This document shows positions 34,001-43,774 of a stretch of DNA of 64,000 bases, in pieces (within the stretch, counting starts at the first letter, position 1; every line of letters begins with the position of its first letter). The stretch is from Raillietiella orientalis (lineage: Eukaryota): NCBI GenBank assembly GCA_036172245.1, contig JAYWIR010000018.1:2852001-2916000 (forward strand). The letters are read 5' to 3'. The notes beneath the pieces are model-generated. The model worked only from the letters and a program-made list of their open reading frames with translations, had not been told where the DNA came from and made no database searches. The translations under genes and the position numbers were made by a program.

Positions 34001-36945
34001 CCTGCTTTCGTATCTCCTCTTGAGCATTCCATCCTCGTACTTCCCCCCCCTCCCCCCTCCCACAGTCGCCATTATCGTCAGCACCACCATCACCATCCTT
34101 TTCATCTTGTCACCGTCATAATGACCGCCTTCATCGTTGTCCCCGCAGCCATCAACACGTACACTGTCGCCCCTTATCGTTGGCATCGCCGTCAACATCA
34201 TCACCACCACCGTCATCTTGTTGCCCTCATCTTCGGGGAGCAACGCGTGCGCAACTCCTCGTCATCGAGGCACGCTGTGGGACCAACCCCCCACACGGGT
34301 GCCCCCTCCCCCTCTTCCTCCTTTTCACTCGAATGTCAGGCGATCCGGTCTGGTGGTGTTCCGTGCCCGGCTGCACATCCGCTGTTTCGAGCTCTCAGAA
34401 GGGAGGTGAGATAGAGGCAGTCGTCGCGGACACTTCGCTCCTGACCGGACAGCGCGTGCTGTGGGATTTCCTCCGCGCGCCTAACAGCGCGCGGAGGGAA
34501 TCAGAGGCCAGTGGGGCAACCCACTCGGCCTCTGGCATTTCACCGGAAGTCCTCCCGAGATTTTCGCGCGTGTTTACCACTGTTTTGCCCGAAAGCCTTT
34601 CTTTTTCCCGTGCTGGCTTCCAGCAGGTATCTGCGCGCGACCCATGACGTTCCACTTGGAAGCGTCCACGAACCGGACCTCGCCCATGCTTGCCGCTCGA
34701 ACGCGGCTGCATGTGCTTCTTGGAAGCTGAGTCTTTCGCGCTCAGGACTTTCGGAGCGAAGTCGGCGTCCACCAGCTTTCCTGAAGGGCAGGAGACGAAT
34801 CCGGGAGAGGAGACGAGGGGAGTGAAGGTTCAGTCTGGGCTTCCTGTGATTTCGACTGGGCTCCGGGTCAGCGCTGCTACCAGTTGGCGCATTGGCGGTC
34901 ATGTGGACAGCGACCTCTCCTCGAATGGTACCAAGTGCTGCGGGTTCGAATCCCATCCGGGGAAAGATGAGGTCTGTGGCGTGGTTTCCAAGTCCTTTCC
35001 CTCCCCCGCAAGATGGCGTTTGGATGGCAAGAGAGCGAGATCTCGAGGGGTAAGGAAGCAGTGCACGGTACTCCAAAGATGGCCGGAGAATCTGTGCTGG
35101 AGGGCAAGGAGCTCCATGACGAGCGAATGGATCCGTGTAGCAGCACAGAAGAGCGCCTCGACACTGAAGGTGCGGATGCCGTCATCTTGAAAATCGTGAC
35201 AGAGATCCGGAGGATAAGGCGATCGGCGAAAATGGCTTTGACGGGGATCCGGAGCCGACCTTGGAGGATGGCGAATGAGGGAAGCTGCTCGCGTCACGGA
35301 GCGAGCGCCAGAGGTGGTGGTGGCCCTAACGGTTCTGAGGTCGCCTTTCGCCGCTCGGCAGTCTCCAGCCATTTCAAATCCCGGCGCGAACCACCGGGGC
35401 GAGTGCACCCGGCTACCGCATCTCGCAAGCATGTACAGAACCGCGCAGACTCCACGCAGGCGCACGCAGAGTGCCTCGGGGAAATTCCCTGCTGTCCCAC
35501 CCGTTCCCTTGCTATTTTTTCTCCGGCGGTTTGGTTCGTTCCCGGAGGCGCGCGCGACCGATTTTTTTCCCGTCCTCAGCGGGAGGCGAACCAGGGAACT
35601 CAGACCTCTTGAGACATTCGCGTTTCTTGCGGGTGTGTGCGATCTTAGGCGTTTGCAGAGGCGAAGGCGCATTTGGGAGTTCCAGGAGGTTCCCTCCGCG
35701 GAGCGGGGAGGTGCCCTCCGTTCCCTTTGCGCGCGCGGACCCGTCGCGCTGAACCTCCATGCGTTCGCGGGCTGCTCTCTGTGGAGCCTTCCCGCCGGTC
35801 GCTAGGATGCACCAGTTGAAAGGGCGCTCCGTCTCCTCCCAGGCACCATCAGCTACCACGGGAAGCACAAGTTTGCCAGTGCGCACTCCATATCGCTGGC
35901 TCACGGTCACGGCAGGCATGGACGGAAGGGCCCGGACATCCTGGTGGTCCTCCACGCCTCGCTGATGGTCGCCTCCTGGGTCGGCACCGCGAGCTGCGGC
36001 ATCCTCCTGGCTCGCTACTTCAAGCAGACGTGGGTCTCCACCACCATCTGCTCCAAGGCTGTTTGGTTCACGGTGAGCCCGCCCCGCCTCCGACGCGCGA
36101 GGACGATCCTGACGCTCCCAGGTCCACCGAACGCTGATGGTCTCCACGTGGCTGATGTCCCTGGCAGCGTTCGTGCTGATCTTCCTGCACGTGGGAGGGT
36201 GGAGCTCCAGCCCAAACCCGCATCCCATTCTCGGGATCGTCGCTATTTGCCTGGGGTTCGTGCAACCTTTCATGGCTCTGTTCCGCTGCAGCCCGGAAGC
36301 TCCCGGGAGACCCATCTTCAACTGGCTGCACTGGTTCGTGGGGAACTGCGCCTACGTCCTGGCAAGTAAGAATTCTTTCATCCTTCTTTGTTTTTTTTTT
36401 TTTCTTCCTGCCCTGCGAAAACCCTCATCGATGACTCTCTTTTATTCAAGTTATCGCCATGTTTTTCGCTTTCGACCTGGGGGTCATTCCGGTGGCGCAG
36501 TGGAGCAGCTGGCTGCTGGCGTCTTTCGTTGCCTTCCACCTTCTGTGGCACGTGCTGCTGTCGGTATGGCGACGGACCGCAGGAGAGCCTGTCGGTACCA
36601 GCGTCCACCTCTTGTTCCAGATACACGCCTGCTGGTCCAGTAGGAGCGTGGACAGGAGAAGCGACTCCATACCGCTGAAGGATGTGGGTTCTCGTCCAAT
36701 GCCCGACTTTCCGGCTAAGAGGGATGCCGCGGTAGGATCCTCGTCCTCCTCTTCCTTCCGGCCTTTGGCCATGCTGACCAAATGCTTGTTGGCAGGGAGG
36801 TGGCTTCCGGAAATTCTTGCTCGGAGTCTACCTGCCCATCAACTGGCTCTTCACAGCTGCCTTCATCCTGATCATCGTATTCGCGCCGTTCGAGAAAACT
36901 CTGGAAACGTGGGGGCTCATCGGAGCGACTTCCCTGGAGTCTTAG
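21710..36945 (+). CDS. FRRS1: Ferric-chelate reductase 1 homolog (SDR2/FRRS1-like; signal peptide-Reeler-DOMON-cytochrome b561), 11 coding exons, 619 aa
   Basis: Manual splice model join(21710..22021,24481..24569,29388..29541,29604..29810,31369..31464,31533..31686,35843..36072,36122..36365,36451..36563,36621..36731,36796..36945) = 1860 nt. All introns are GT-AG with matching phases. Reeler motifs: YSSGAPELACVSMVPNH, FKGFLLQAR, LTHPNSLPK, FRATFVKEYHIFW. DOMON: YIAVGISTDDRMGDD, LYCRF, ISYH. Four b561 His: LHASLM, VHRTLM, PHPILG, WLHWFVG. Confidence 0.93.
24481..24569 (+). CDS. FRRS1: FRRS1-like coding exon 2 (Reeler)
   Basis: Pyrimidine tract plus ttccag; NTLTHPNSLPKREVKAEWNSVAGNETVLF(R); donor GTAACG at 24570. 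Phases 0/2 fit the neighbouring exons. Confidence 0.9.
26605..26892 (+). repeat. ~290-bp direct repeat, copy 1 (FRRS1 intron 2)
   Basis: 26629-26865 is identical to 43508-43744; the ~25-nt flanks on both sides are homologous but mismatched. Confidence 0.95.
29388..29541 (+). CDS. FRRS1: FRRS1-like coding exon 3 (end of Reeler plus Ser/Pro-rich linker)
   Basis: Acceptor ttttcag; (R)ATFVKEYHIFWVNVLSTPVTVRARRSLHKPSTP...SSSW; donor GTAAGA at 29542. Confidence 0.88.
29604..29810 (+). CDS. FRRS1: FRRS1-like coding exon 4 (Cys-rich segment, start of DOMON)
   Basis: VVLDDVYERCADQTVGCLGNSDTCLDERNC...YIAVGISTDDRM; acceptor cgcag, donor GTAGGT at 29811. Confidence 0.92.
31369..31464 (+). CDS. FRRS1: FRRS1-like coding exon 5 (DOMON)
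   Basis: GDDFVVQCVRIGVQMQMQTSWNHDRHNHLQEQ completes the DOMON M|GDD motif across the intron; donor GTAGGA at 31465. Confidence 0.88.
31533..31686 (+). CDS. FRRS1: FRRS1-like coding exon 6 (DOMON)
   Basis: MHLVQTLETADRDGHLYCRFRLQSTFSMMKQSFDLIGSRYHLLVARGPEKE; acceptor ccgtag, phase-1 donor GTAGCT at 31687. Confidence 0.88.
32010..32140. repeat. (CAT/CAC)-rich degenerate repeat, related to 34065-34230
   Basis: accatcctcttcatctcgacaccgtc...ttcatcgttgtc is echoed by accatccttttcatcttgtcaccgtc...ttcatcgttgtc at about 34092-34141. Confidence 0.7.
34065..34230. repeat. (CAT/CAC)-rich degenerate repeat, related to 32010-32140
   Basis: Same motif order as the 32 kb tract; both lie in FRRS1 intron 6. 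Confidence 0.7.
34884..34980 (+). mobile_element. tRNA-derived SINE-like head, copy C (FRRS1 intron 6)
   Basis: A-box-like TGGCGCATTGG and B box GGTTCGAATCC (34943-34953), followed by catccggggaaagatgagg, matching copy B. No tRNA cloverleaf. Confidence 0.55.
35843..36072 (+). CDS. FRRS1: FRRS1-like coding exon 7 (end of DOMON, first b561 helix)
   Basis: (G)TISYHGKHKFAS...LVVLHASLMVASWVGTASCGILLARYFKQTW...VWFT; donor GTGAGC at 36073. Confidence 0.93.
36122..36365 (+). CDS. FRRS1: FRRS1-like coding exon 8 (cytochrome b561 core)
   Basis: VHRTLMV...PHPILG...QPFMALFRCSP...RPIFNWLHWFVGN; donor GTAAGA at 36366. Confidence 0.95.
36451..36563 (+). CDS. FRRS1: FRRS1-like coding exon 9 (transmembrane)
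   Basis: (I)IAMFFAFDLG...WLLASFVAFHLLWHVLLS; acceptor ttcaag, donor GTATGG at 36564. Confidence 0.88.
36621..36731 (+). CDS. FRRS1: FRRS1-like coding exon 10 (cytoplasmic loop)
   Basis: IHACWSSRSVDRRSDSIPLKDVG...KRDAA; acceptor gttccag, donor GTAGGA at 36732. Confidence 0.8.
36796..36945 (+). CDS. FRRS1: FRRS1-like terminal coding exon (last transmembrane helix, stop TAG)
   Basis: GGGFRKFLLGVYLPINWLFTAAFILIIVFAPFEKTLETWGLIGATSLES*; the DA-x-G-x-x-FRK-x-LL pattern is typical of the C-terminus of invertebrate SDR2 proteins. Confidence 0.87.
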   Translation, partial: GGGFRKFLLGVYLPINWLFTAAFILIIVFAPFEKTLETWGLIGATSLES

Positions 36946-37182
36946 TCCGTCAGAGTCGTAGAGCAAAGCTGGCGGAGCCGTCTCTGGAGGAATCTCAACT
37001 TGCTGCTGAAGGCAAGAGTGGTTTAGCCGCGCGAAAGGAAAGGGCTGTGAGTCATCCACGCCCGCTTTCTTTGCTCCCTGGACCCATTCGGGCCCACGGA
37101 AACCCCAGCTGACGTCCGTCTGTTTCGGAAATCGCGCTCTCCACATACAGACGCTGCAGTGATGTCAAACACAAGAGCATTC

Positions 37183-37188
37183 AATAAA
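37183..37188 (+). promoter_or_regulatory. Probable polyadenylation signal of the FRRS1-like gene
   Basis: AATAAA about 240 nt downstream of the stop codon, in otherwise GC-rich sequence. Confidence 0.6.
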
Positions 37189-38787
37189 TGAAATTCGATC
37201 AGCGCGCTCTCAGATGACGCGGCCGCACCGATTCCCAGCCCCCATCGGGACCTATAGGGCTGGGAGGCACAGTAACCTCGCCACGCATCCTCAGTCTCGA
37301 AAAAGTCCGTCAAGGCATGCCTTTCGCCAGGTTCGAGGGATCCCTCTGCTAGGCCTGCACATAGATTGCGAGTGGAGTGGGGGTGGAGGGCGGACGCGTC
37401 CTCTTGCTGGGATGCTCACCTCTTGCCAGACGCTTTCCCGATTGCCTTCCGCCTCTCCCTGTCCTATGCCGACGGTTCGTTGCCTTCCCAGAGAGCGATC
37501 TTCCTATCATCATGTGATTTCTTTCTCGTTGTCACGGGTTACTTGCAACCTTCCACGCCGGCGGCATCTCCGGTCCAGTTTTTTCCTTCAGGAGCAATTG
37601 GTTTTGATGGTGGCCCGAGGGAATTTATGCGTCGTCCAGCAGTGAGCTGACGTGTATCGATCGTATTACCCGCTGTTCGCTCCCTGGGGTGTAAGGTGTC
37701 AGTGCTGAGAGGAAATCCTGAAGCTGCATGTTGCTTTGGTGGAAGAGGTTCCCACGCCGCAGGGACGTTACCGGATCCAAGAGTGGACCCTCCAAACGAA
37801 CAAGCTCCGCCTCAGCAACAACAGTCGGGTTCGTCCAGAGAGACAACCTTTTCGAAACGCGTAGCGCCGGGAATCCAGTTGGCAGGGTGAACCCTCCTGG
37901 TGCCGAGCTGATAATCACCGAGTTGGAATTCTGGCGGTGGACCTCCCCGCCCGACGACGAAGCGCTTCTCCTTCAACAGCGCTTTTAGGCACGCATGTTG
38001 ACACAGCAGCGGAAACCTCGCGGTGCCGAGTGGAAAGCAACGGGTGCGAATCCCGGCGGTATAACACAGCTCTTCTTGCCTCAAATTGCGTACACTTCCA
38101 CTCCTTAGCACCCTTCGCAGACTCCCAAATCCCTTGCCAACAACGACGAAGCTAGGCAGATGGACAAAATCGTGGGTGCTGCGGAGCAAGAAATACATCC
38201 CCCCTTCTTATCGTATTCTCACGTAATTCCAAATTTTCTAAACGGAGGTTCCTTACATCAAGCAAGAGGTCGACGCTCCTCTCCTGTGCTGTGGGGTCTC
38301 AATGAATCAATCCACGAGTTCTCCCCTCCCTCTCCCCTCAGCCATGCATTTTCGTGTGGCGCTTCAGTGTGGTGCAACTGCTGCAGTGGACGCCCTTCTA
38401 GGAAAGACAAAAGCCACCGATAAATCCAAGACACAGGCAAAGTACAGACGGCCGGAGCCGTCTGTACTTGTGAGAGTAGGATAGGTGGCTTCTGGTTTGT
38501 ATGGGTAGGGCAGTAGCTTCTGTTCTCTGTCTTCGAGGTCTGACCGTGCTGCGTGTTGCCAAGAGACCGCCTTGGGCGCACCGCGCAGGGCAGGTTGAGC
38601 GAGGCAAAAAGGCGGGCAGCAGTTGGAGCGGAGCGGGACGTGCTGCCTCTCCCTCTGTACCCCTTTGTAACCCCTTTTTCCCCCATTCGTTCTGGATCCC
38701 CTGCCCAGACTCCGGCAGGGACTGCGAGAAAGGGGCTCAAAGAGAAAGCAGTGGTCCTTCTTTCGCACGGCTCCCCGATGTACGCGT

Positions 38788-38837
38788 CGGGGTGCACATC
38801 CTGAGTACCACTCGTGGTACTCAGGATGTGCACCCCG
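38788..38837. repeat. Perfect 24-bp inverted repeat with a 2-nt spacer
   Basis: cggggtgcacatcctgagtaccac-tc-gtggtactcaggatgtgcaccccg. Confidence 0.97.
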
Positions 38838-40290
38838 TGGCGTTTTAAGCCGCGCTTTCCTAACGGGAGTGTGAAAGGATAAACAACTCTCGGGAATCCA
38901 ATCTTCAGCTTTGTCAGCGTACACTGCTTTCGGGGCCTGCAGGGTCACCATGGAAGGGTCGAACCTGATTGATCTAGGTGATGGCAAGGAAGGGAGGAAC
39001 ATTCTCCAGCTTTTCTAAACTGAGGAATGGATGTGTCCATGCTCCCAGAACAGCGTACTAAGCCGCACCGTAGCAGACTGTGATGATATCAGTTCAAAAG
39101 TCGCGGCAGAGTGGGTGATACCTGCGTGTGGCTGTGCTCCAGAGCATGCTTTCCGAAACAGAAACACCAAACCCACACCATGATGGACCAAGGCGATGAC
39201 AGAGTGGAAGGCGGTTGAATGCCCCTTTTCCTTCTGAGGCTAGAAACGTCCTCCGGAGAGTACTGCAGATGCAGGAGGCGAGGATGGAAGTGCACAAAGA
39301 TGCATTGGGCGCTGCCTGACGGAAAGGGACAGGGAAGGTAGCACCGTCTCTAGACTGTCGGAGAGAGATGCGGCAGAAATTTCCTTCCGTTCGAATTTTC
39401 GCCCTGCTGCGCCGGGAGGTGCAGCTACTGCCACATCTTCAGCAAATATCACACACACTTCAGCAAGAGAGCGAACGAGTGGAGGCTGTCCTGTGGAGCA
39501 GCGAGGTCTCGCTTCGATCGCTGCAGGCACTGACAGAGAGCGCCGCAAACCAGTGGTCCCTTCCTCCCGGAAGGAATGACAGAGCGTGAGCGGCCTTCAG
39601 CTTTCCCTCCCGCTGTGACCCGAGGCGCCATGATGCCAATTGGATGACTTCATCGCACCTCAAGCTCAAAGAGTCAGAGAAATCAGCAGCAGACCCGTCA
39701 GGCGTCCTACCGGTGCGTGCTGCTATCGCAAACGGCAGCTTTAAGAGGGTTCCGTCTTCCGCCGATCGAAGCGCCGTCGCGCAAGCCCGCGTTGCACTAG
39801 GCCGCCCGGAGATCGCAGCCTCTGGAACGTCCTGCCTCCTCCGTCTAAACGGGACGTTTCCAAGGTCGGCGGGAGCACGTCTGTCGGGTCGAGCTACTGC
39901 CTTTTCGCCTTGAGGTCTCCGTAGCAGGTGAGCGGCGCACCAAAAAACGCGCACCTCTGTCCCTGCCGTCTCCTTCTTGCCTGTCCTTCAACATCCTGAG
40001 CTGGTAATGCTGCTATTAGGTCTGCAAGTTCATTGTGGCCAAAAGATCGGCGAGAATCTCAGTACCGGCCCGAGTTGTAGGTGGGAAGCCGCGGGAGTCG
40101 TTTTTTTGTGACCCGATCACACCGCCAGCAGTCTTCAGTGCCAGCAGCTGTTACGCTGGGGGCTTCCCCGACGCGAAGAACTGGGTCTACTGCGCCTCAG
40201 AGGAGGGGATCGCCAAGGAGTGCGCCCGCTGAGGGGCAGCGGAAACCTTGTTGTACCTGCTGAAGGAATGCTCCTGGGGCTGTAGCAACG
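38810..40290 (+). mobile_element. Decayed non-LTR retrotransposon (RT plus C-terminal CCHC), R2/RLE-like
   Basis: R*WQGREEHSPAFLN*GMD (RGVRQGDPLSPLLFN..MD) near 38976-39033, ADCDDI (YADD-like), LQSML, then LGASPTRR and ECAR*GAAETLLYLLKEC (CxxC...ETL.H.L..C) at about 40150-40272. Confidence 0.5.
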
Positions 40291-43200
40291 AATGAAGGAC
40301 CCTTCTGTATCCTCATGTGGATCCCTCTATTTAGTTAGCTCTCTCCGGGCTCACAGGTTGCCCCTTCACCGGCCACCATCTGCCACGTGCGAGCCACGAT
40401 CCTCGTCATCTCAGGGCCTCAGCATCCCGCCCCTGAAGCTGCAGGTCCCCCTTGGAAATCCTGTGCGTCAATCCTCTATCCTCAAATTGCATAGCTCTAC
40501 TTGCTCCCCTTCCGCTCTTGCCGCATTTTATCCTCAGCAAGGGCGACTCCCAGGTCCTGGCAATGCTTCTCCGCCTGCAAATATTCCATCTATTCCTGTT
40601 GAATGAAAAATTGGGAAATCCGGGCAAGGAAAGTCACGCACGGGCGTTCACCTAAATGTAAGCGAATGTACATAAGAATTCAAAGTTCCGAAGAGTGTAC
40701 TATACTTAAAAGGAACGCGCAACTGTACACGCAACTTTCAACGACACGCAGGACAGCGTAAGCAAAATGAAAATGAAGTGGGGAAAGCTCAGGAGGAAAC
40801 ACCTGCCGACTGCGGGACAACAGATCGTGGGTCCGGGAGGGGAAAGAGAAGGTCGCCGGGGTTTTGTCTTGTTTTCGCAGCCCGCCTACGATGCTGGCGA
40901 CACCCTTCTTGATTAGGATGGGGTGAGGCTACCATCTTTCCATCCTCATCAGGGAGACGATGCAGCGGACGGCCGTCCTTCTCTCCACCAAGCGTCGCGT
41001 TGCACGGCTGCCCGGACGCAGAGCCTTGCTCGCCAGCAACCTGACGGTCGTTGCGGGGTGACGAGCCGCCGCGGGGGGTGCCGGAGAGAGAGTCTCCTGG
41101 TCGTGTGAGAGTCTCCTCGCCATCCGTTATTCGGATGCTGCACATCGAGACGCGGTCAGACACCAATAAATCAGCTCTCGTCTACTTCGCCTCCCGGAGC
41201 ATGCACTCATCGCTGCGGATGCCTTCTTCCTGCCCCGCGTTTGGATCCTCAGCGTGCTGCCGACGTCGGGATTCTCTCTGGCCATCAAAACGCAAACTGG
41301 CAGATCTCAGTCATGTCCGGTCTCGGCAAGGAAGCCCTGCGAGTACCTCGTGCCGCTGTCACTGACCAAAGACACCACTCGCTTAATACAAAGAGCGGGC
41401 TCGAGCGAATTCCGGTTGGCAGTGGTATCCCCAATTTCCCTGGTAAAAGTCGGTCGGAAAGAAAGAAAGAAGAAGAAACGCGGGGAACGGAGTTTCGCTG
41501 CCCGACTCGGGTTGCGTTGTTCTCCCAGCAAGCTGAGCGGAAACCGAAAAAGGAACGCGACAGACTCGGGCTGCAAAAAATAGGAAAGAAGTCAGGAAGG
41601 CAGGCTCGTCTTGAACGGCTGCAAGAGCAACGGAGATGTAGGTGTTGCTGTCAACCAGTCTGCCACGGATTTTCGATGTGGCTGACGAGCGGACCGGAGA
41701 TGCAGATCGCCAGGAGACACGCGGCTTCTCGTGTTCGTCTCATCGTCACGGGGTCAGCTCGCACGCACATGGCAACCAAACGGTATTCCCCACGTGGTGG
41801 AAATCTGACCGAAAATCACCCGAGTTGCATTTCGAAATTTTGGCTGGCAGCCCCCGTGGGATGGGTTTTCACCTGTGGACTTTTGGAGCCTGATGAAAAT
41901 CAGTGTCTAAGAATGCGTGGGCTCTGAAGAGGAACAAGCGAAAAAAAAAAGAAAGGAAAAAAAACACAACTTTACTACCGATGAGTATCATCGACCACCT
42001 CATCATGTGGTCACTGATAAAACACAAAGTTTAACCTCAAAAATTACAGAAAACCGTAAACATAGGAATCTTCATTTTTCTGCTGGATAAACAAAGAGAA
42101 AACATCTCAAGGTTCCTCGCCTTCTTCGTGTACTGACTTATGTATTATGATTCGTACTTCTTCGTGTACTTGACGTGCATGCCATCCCCCAATGAGAAAT
42201 GAGGCTGAAAAAAACAAAAATAAACAAAAAATCAAATTTGACCTTGAATGAGCCGCTAAATTCCACCTCTACGGTTAGGACGCCACATAGCAAAACTCAT
42301 CATAAATCAACTTTCTCAGATGCAGGAGGAAGAATCCAGTATTCCCGAACCTTTCGATTTGCTTCCCAGTTCGTAAAAGTAGTCCACCTCATCCTCGTAG
42401 CCTTGGCTACTTGGATGCGTCAGGAAATCGGGGCTTTCACCATCGAACCGGAGGCTGTGAATCCGAGACGCTACCGAAAGATGGAGGATCTGAAGCCCAA
42501 ATCAATGCGCCGTCGTAATCGGTGATGACATTCGGGATTTGGCAGACAGGATTGAAGAAGACATCACACATAGTATAGGGAATTTATGAAATTAATAACA
42601 GTAAAGTTAAGGAAGACAGGCGTCGCGACCGTGACAGGGATTCACACATCACACGTGGATTGCTTTCCCTCCTTAGGGAGATGGGAGAGGAGGGAAGTTT
42701 TCAAAGCAACTGCAACTGCCCCCGGGATGGAAACAGGAATAAAGAAATGCTCAACACTAAATTGAATGTATAAATGTCGCTCTTTTATGATACTGGAACT
42801 TTTGGCGGGGTTTGAAAGTGGCACATTCCCACCAGGAAGTTTTTTTCCTATTTGAGAAACGCACGCTCGCAAGCTAAGGCACGCACACGCAAGAAAATAA
42901 AGGGAAACCGCAGGCTGTTGCCGCGCAACGAGGCTGTTCACTCCGTAGAAAGCGGATTGTCGCCACGCAGCGAGTCTGTTTGCCAATGCTCTTCCCCCCC
43001 ACCTCCCCAGTTTCGCCTCCGCGCACTGGAGTTGGAAACGAGCTCCAGAGAAGTGCAGCACTCCGCAGGACTGTGGGAAACTGGCAAGAAGAGGTGGGTG
43101 AGAGCGGAGCTGCTGCCCGGGTAACCACGCTCCTCGGAGAACGGCGCGTCGCAGCGCCGGTTGCGCAGGAAGCTGCCGGAGAAGCTGCCCAAGAATCGTT

Positions 43201-43483
43201 TCCTGCGGAGGATGGCGGAAACCTGTGCGCCTTATCGATCGGGATTCGTGGTGGGAGGTCAGGAACCCTGATCGGAAAACCGGGTTTCCAGCGCTGCTGC
43301 GTGCAAGCAAACCGCGGGAAACACGGGAAAGCTTCTCGAGGACACGGCGTTCGTTTCCGGAGCGGGAAAGATGCACGCAAGGCGCGAAATTCGTTCCCGG
43401 CGCCCACGTCAGCTGTTGGGCCGAAGAAGCAAAAATTGTCGAACCCCTTTCCATTGGAAGAAAGAAAAAGAAGAGATTGAAAC

Positions 43484-43774
43484 TTGCTCCCCCGGCGCTC
43501 CCCTCACGGACCGCTTCAGCTCTCGGTGGCCTGTGTTGTTGGCCGGATGACGTGCGACCCGCGGTGGCGTCGTCTCGGTCGGGTGCTGACGCTGCTACTG
43601 CTGCGTCGCGGCAGCAGGCAGGCAGCCCTGCGCGTTCTCCGTCCTTCGTTCGCCCCGCCTGCTCCGGGTCTTCAGCACGAGACGCGTAGCGGTGGTCGGA
43701 CGCCGTTGCCCCGGGACAGCGGATGCGGTCGCAGTTGGGACGGCATTCCAAGGGAATGGGTCGTCCGTGGTCCA
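43484..43774 (+). repeat. ~290-bp direct repeat, copy 2 (intergenic)
   Basis: Same sequence as 26605-26892 at an offset of 16879 bp; also visible as identical peptides in the ORF track (TASALGGLCCWPDDVRPAV...). Confidence 0.95.

Noticed and set aside
34884..34960. Possible tRNA gene (A/B-box motifs)
   Set aside because: No acceptor or anticodon stems can be folded, and related decayed copies elsewhere indicate a SINE head.
42320..42550. Minus-strand PNVITDYDGALIWA resembling a MULE transposase motif
   Set aside because: Single short motif with no supporting colinear motifs.
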